DNA from: an uncultured Planktomarina sp.
GTDB lineage: Bacteria; Pseudomonadota; Alphaproteobacteria; Rhodobacterales; Rhodobacteraceae
DNA: 64,000 nucleotides
NCBI RefSeq assembly: GCF_943788425.1
Contig: NZ_CALSQF010000005.1
Strand: one strand, 5' to 3'
Under the pieces are notes generated by a model. That model was not told where the DNA came from, did not search any database, and worked only from the letters and a program-made list of their open reading frames with translations. Position numbers and translations under genes: made by a program. Shown here in pieces: positions 59,832 through 64,000 of the stretch (positions are counted from its first letter, which is position 1; every line of letters starts with the position of its first letter).

Positions 59832-60818
59832 ATGTCCCGATCAAACCCACATCGCCCTTTTGTGCCGAACCCAGAAATATTGACCCGACTTCCTGAGATT
59901 ACAGGGAATGAGATAAATGGACTGGGCGAAACATTAGCTCGAAGACCTGATCATGTTTTCTGGGCCCCAGACCCTAATGAAATTGCTTTTGGTGAAGTGC
60001 AGAAGTGGTTTTATATGTGCCAGCCTGATAGTACAGAAATGGCCGCCGAAAGAGCCAAAAGACAAGCAATTTTTGATGCCGCTTTACCTGATATGAACCC
60101 GGTTGCCTTAGAGAAGTCGCCAATTGAATGGACTAACTCGTTAGACCAGTTTGTTGGATCTGGAGTTTGTGAGATGGTTGGCGTTACTACTCTGCAATCG
60201 GACTGGATATTCGAAAATCACAGTACAACATTCCAAAAAATAATCATGGTCGGAGTTCATCATGAATACGAAGAAATAAAACATGCGCCAGAGTTTCGTG
60301 CTGGGATTGAGGTAGTTCGACAATATGGCCGCGCAGCTTCGGCAGCAAAGAAAATTACAGGCTGGCTAATGGAGCAGGGCTGGGACGCTGAAGCATTGAC
60401 AGGACCAATGGCCGGAAAGGTTGTGATGATACCACCTGCACTAGAGTGTGGGTTTGGTGAGCTAGGCAAGCATGGGTCTTTGATTAACCCAGAATTTGGA
60501 TCATCCTTTCGGTTGGCTGCGATTTTGACCAATGCACCTTTTGCCGATACTCCTAAAAGAGAGTTTGGAATTGATGAATTCTGCTCCAAATGCAGAATTT
60601 GTGAAGATGCATGTCCTCCAATAGCTATTCAACCCGACAAACAAGTGGTTCGTGGAGAAGAGCGTTGGTATGTCGATTTTGATGCTTGTATACCCTATTT
60701 TGCGGAAAATTCTGGCTGTGCAATTTGCATTGTAGAGTGCCCTTGGTCACGGCCCGGCGTTGGCATAAATCTAGCGGAAAAATTAGCAAAGCGATCGACG
60801 CGTCACACAGATGCTTAA
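59832..60818 (+). CDS. 4Fe-4S dicluster protein of the QueG / reductive-dehalogenase-like superfamily
   Basis: ORF trimmed to ATG 59832. CGFGELGKHGSLINPEFGSSFRL followed by CSKCRICEDACP and CAICIVECP. AT-rich. Confidence 0.65.
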   Translation: MSRSNPHRPFVPNPEILTRLPEITGNEINGLGETLARRPDHVFWAPDPNEIAFGEVQKWFYMCQPDSTEMAAERAKRQAIFDAALPDMNPVALEKSPIEWTNSLDQFVGSGVCEMVGVTTLQSDWIFENHSTTFQKIIMVGVHHEYEEIKHAPEFRAGIEVVRQYGRAASAAKKITGWLMEQGWDAEALTGPMAGKVVMIPPALECGFGELGKHGSLINPEFGSSFRLAAILTNAPFADTPKREFGIDEFCSKCRICEDACPPIAIQPDKQVVRGEERWYVDFDACIPYFAENSGCAICIVECPWSRPGVGINLAEKLAKRSTRHTDA

Positions 60819-61004
60819 GCCACAAAAGGGCTTCCAAATGGATGTCCGTGGACCAATAGCAGGGGTTACGGTTCCTAATTCCTACAGCTCAGCCGACGGA
60901 CTTAGGCCGGGGACACTGGATTATGGGTTTCGCGCCTCAGACCACGGGCCCTTTGGTATTAGCCTTGTAAATTCATTCGGGGGTAATTTTGTTTGGTAAC
61001 TGCA

Positions 61005-61132
61005 TCTCTATTCACGCACCAACTCCAAGCTGAACCGTGCCGCTGCTCTCGCCGAGTGGCGTCAATTATTGAGCGCATAGAATCAGGCTGCACCAGTATT
61101 CCGATGCGATTTCTTATTTGTCTGACAGCACC
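61005..61132 (+). mobile_element. IS6-family remnant D (3' end only, same orientation as B)
   Basis: The plus strand encodes YSRTNSKLNRAAALAEWRQLLSA* and ends in ...tctgacagcacc, the reverse complement of the copy A IR GGTGCTGTCAGA. Confidence 0.75.
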
Positions 61133-61148
61133 TGCTGGCTTGGCCACT

Positions 61149-63182
61149 CTAGAGCCGTGTGCAGAGCCGCGCGGCATCTAGGATGGCCGCGTGGATGTCG
61201 CGCGACGATGTAGCGTCCCCTAATCGGTAGAGATCAAAACCCTCGCCGTCACTCTTGGGTTGCGGTTGGGCTGAGGTCCATGCCGTCAGATCCGGCAGGC
61301 CACAATTACGTGCCGCACCCACCAGTTCGAGATAGAGTTCATCAACTGGTAGAGTTCCATGTTCGTAGATCAGCGTGTCACAACTCATTTCAATCGTCTC
61401 GCCACTGTAACTATTCTCAAAACTCAGACGCAGACGGTTTTCTGCACGTGCCACTCGTCGCAGCGTAAGATCGGGATGTAGAGATGCGCCTGACTTATAA
61501 AATGCGCGCATTTGCAGCGGTCTCTCGATGTAGCTGACTTCAGCACCCGCAGTGTTGTCTGGGGTTACATAAGTCAGAGAAGCACCCGCGGTAGCCAAAG
61601 TATGCGCTCCGTTCAAACCTGCCGTAGTTCCCGTTCCATCATAAAAGATCACGTCTCCATCGGGCGGCGATCTAGCCTCCAGCACCTCCCAGAGAGGGGT
61701 TCCAAGTTCGGCGCCAGGGATGTCTTGCATCCTGTCAGGCACGCCTCCAGTGGCGATGATTACGGTATCAGGCTTCGTATCTGCAATCTCCTGAGCTTCA
61801 GCAAAGGCGTTGTAGTGGACGGTTACGCCAAGGCGCTCCAACTCGCTCACCCGCCAATCAATTATGCCTATTAGGTCACGCCGCATATCAAGCTTTGCGG
61901 CTAATAAGAGCTGACCACCCGCACGAGACGCTGCTTCAAAAAGGGTGACAGTATTGCCGCGCTCTGCAGCTATACGCGCAGCTTCAAGCCCACCAGGGCC
62001 CGCACCAACAACGGTGACCTTTTTGGGAGCATCAGTCTTTTCAATCATGTGCGGTAGTACATCCTCGCGACCGATAGCTGGGTTGTGAATGCAGCTTCCG
62101 TGCCATGAGCAATAGGTAGCGCCAACGCAGGGGCGGATCGTTTCCTCCACCCCTTCTGATAGCTTGCGCACGATATTTGGATCCGCAATGTGCGCACGGG
62201 TCATACCTATGAGATCAACATGTCCTTCGCTCACAGCATAGCGTGCCGTTGCCATGTCATTGATACGCGCCGCATGAAAAACTGGCAAGCTGACATTACG
62301 CCGGAAATTCGTTACTGGGCGCAGTTGTGGTGCCAACCCCAGGGACATGCCCGGCATATAGCGAGCAAGTCCTACTTCGGTGTCAATACGACCATAAGTA
62401 AAGTTGAAGAAATCTATTAAACCTGAGCATTCGAGAATCTTGGCCATTGCAAGATACTCTTCATCAGGCATGGTGCCGCTGTCGCCTTCGCCCACTACCA
62501 TGCGGACGCCAACAACAAACGACTGAGGAACCAGACGGCGGATCTCTTCCAACACCATGAGGCCGAACCGCGCACGGTTTTCAAGGCTGCCACCGAAGTC
62601 GTCTGTGCGCTGATTTGTGGTTGGAGACCAGAACTGCCCGATCAGGTGACCAGCGATGTGTAATTCACAGCCGTCCAGTCCCCCCTCATAGCAGCGACGC
62701 GCTGCTTGACCAAAATCGCTAACCACACGCACAATATCTTCGACCTGCATCTCCTTGGTAAACCCACGATGCAGAGGTTCTCGGAACCTGCTGGGCGAGA
62801 TTGTAGGCAGCCAGTTGTCCCCACGCCATTGGCTGCGTCCACCTAAATGCGTTAGTTGGCACATGAGGGCTGCACCGTGCTTATGCACACGGCCCGCGAA
62901 CTCTTGGAAGTAGGGAATGATGCGATCATCGCTTGCACTGAGCTGTCCGAAGGTGTTGGCGCTGTCGCGTGACACATTAGTTGAGCCGCCAAACATGGTA
63001 AGCCCAATCCCGCCTGCGGCCTTGGCTTCGTGGTAGCGTTGGTACCGTCCTGTGGGCATACCATCTTCGCCAAAGCCTATCGCATGCGAGGTGCTCATGA
63101 TCCTATTGCGCAAAGTTAGGTGCGCCAGCTGAAAAGGCTGAAGAAGCGGATCCGTAATCGCAAGTCTGGTTGGGGTGCTCAT
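61149..63182 (-). CDS. two-domain flavoprotein: OYE-like FMN domain + FAD/NAD(P) domain (2,4-dienoyl-CoA reductase / N-methylproline demethylase-like)
   Basis: 677 aa. N-terminal TIM-barrel signature (LTLRNRIMSTSH), central RPCVGATYCSWHGSCIHNPAIGRE, Rossmann motif VTVVGAGPGGLEAA. Confidence 0.8.
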   Translation of the reverse strand: MSTPTRLAITDPLLQPFQLAHLTLRNRIMSTSHAIGFGEDGMPTGRYQRYHEAKAAGGIGLTMFGGSTNVSRDSANTFGQLSASDDRIIPYFQEFAGRVHKHGAALMCQLTHLGGRSQWRGDNWLPTISPSRFREPLHRGFTKEMQVEDIVRVVSDFGQAARRCYEGGLDGCELHIAGHLIGQFWSPTTNQRTDDFGGSLENRARFGLMVLEEIRRLVPQSFVVGVRMVVGEGDSGTMPDEEYLAMAKILECSGLIDFFNFTYGRIDTEVGLARYMPGMSLGLAPQLRPVTNFRRNVSLPVFHAARINDMATARYAVSEGHVDLIGMTRAHIADPNIVRKLSEGVEETIRPCVGATYCSWHGSCIHNPAIGREDVLPHMIEKTDAPKKVTVVGAGPGGLEAARIAAERGNTVTLFEAASRAGGQLLLAAKLDMRRDLIGIIDWRVSELERLGVTVHYNAFAEAQEIADTKPDTVIIATGGVPDRMQDIPGAELGTPLWEVLEARSPPDGDVIFYDGTGTTAGLNGAHTLATAGASLTYVTPDNTAGAEVSYIERPLQMRAFYKSGASLHPDLTLRRVARAENRLRLSFENSYSGETIEMSCDTLIYEHGTLPVDELYLELVGAARNCGLPDLTAWTSAQPQPKSDGEGFDLYRLGDATSSRDIHAAILDAARLCTRL

Positions 63183-63324
63183 GGCCGCAGTCCTTATTCT
63201 TGAAGTAGCTTGAACTAAGCCTGATCACATGCGGCGGCCTTGGCAAAGGAAATTTTGGTACTTCGGCCTGGAACTTTAGTATAGTTACCACATACTGGCT
63301 GTTCGAAGGAGTGACGCTTTGCAG

Positions 63325-64000
63325 ATGTTTGATGCCGAAACCATTCACCGACTTCTACCTTATGAGGTACTAATTCCGGCGTTACAAAAGATGCACGAGG
63401 GTGAGATTCCAGACGGTGACGGAGTTTACACCAAGGACCCCAGCGGTGCGGACAACATGTTTGTGACGCTGCCAGGCTGGCTGAGTGGGCAACTAATAGT
63501 GGTTAAGATGGTCGGCGTCTTTCCCACCAATCGTGACCGTAATCCACCTCTGGGCTCAGTCCTTGGGGCCGTAGCGGCGTTCGATCCGAAAACCGGTGCG
63601 CCAATTCTGGTGGCCGATGGTGAGGCGATGACTTATCGGAAAACAGCTGCGATCTCTGGGCTTGGCACTGCACTTCTAGCTCCACCCACTCCGCGCGAGT
63701 TGCTTGTCGTGGGTGCGGGTGGACTAGGCCCACATGTAGCGATGGCGCATATAGCGGCGCGTCCATCAATTTCGCGTGTGCGGATCTGGAATCGCACTTG
63801 GTCCCGTGCCGAGGCTTTGGCAGCTCTGCTTTGTACTTTAGGCATCGACGCCACTGCAGCACCAGATCTTGATGCTGCAGTGGCTGAGGCTGATGTCATC
63901 AGTTGTGTTACCATGTCGCGCGCGCCGCTTGTTAAGGGAGCGTTGCTAAAACCTGGAGCACATCTCGACCTAGTAGGGTCGTACTTAACCGACATGCGTG
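63325..64000 (+). CDS. ornithine cyclodeaminase / mu-crystallin family protein, 5' part (runs off the right edge)
   Basis: Absent from the ORF track. Manual translation from ATG 63325 gives MFDAETIHRLLPYEVLIPALQKMH...VVKMVGVFPTN...AMTYRKTAAISGL...LLVVGAGGLGPH. Confidence 0.8.
   Translation, partial: MFDAETIHRLLPYEVLIPALQKMHEGEIPDGDGVYTKDPSGADNMFVTLPGWLSGQLIVVKMVGVFPTNRDRNPPLGSVLGAVAAFDPKTGAPILVADGEAMTYRKTAAISGLGTALLAPPTPRELLVVGAGGLGPHVAMAHIAARPSISRVRIWNRTWSRAEALAALLCTLGIDATAAPDLDAAVAEADVISCVTMSRAPLVKGALLKPGAHLDLVGSYLTDMR

Overview
This window looks like an alphaproteobacterial chromosome, most likely a marine Rhodobacterales or Roseobacter-type genome. That guess rests on gene content and order only. 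Positions 1-44130 are core genome. On the minus strand they carry a complete complex I operon (nuoA-nuoM) with several small interspersed URFs and an inserted sulfotransferase-like gene. Next comes a leucine/isovalerate catabolic (liu) cluster, then glmU-glmS, ccdA, rne, an EBP-type two-component pair and purQ/S/C. After that are a three-gene Hcy-methyltransferase/corrinoid/DUF1638 cluster (split-MetH-like), sufE, rnd, purN-purM and a tRNA with a CAT anticodon. From that tRNA to the right edge the sequence is accessory and visibly more AT-rich in patches. It holds a bactofilin/membrane-protein islet and glpD, followed by a mosaic of at least five IS6-family copies or remnants. These remnants divide the region into cassettes: a Kef-type antiporter; racemase-like/SDR/Zn-ADH plus ALDH/GntR; GS-like/Rieske oxygenase/QueG-RdhA-like Fe-S protein; and an OYE-FAD oxidoreductase plus an ornithine cyclodeaminase-family gene. 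I found no CRISPR array, no rRNA and no recognisable defence system. The observations most worth follow-up are an apparent 1-nt frameshift splitting nuoL, the sulfotransferase inside the nuo operon, the IS6-assembled catabolic mosaic with its decayed transposases, the translationally coupled GS-like/Rieske pair, and a 10-mer shared by promoters on both sides of an IS6 copy. All calls come from reading the sequence and the ORF track. No database search was run.
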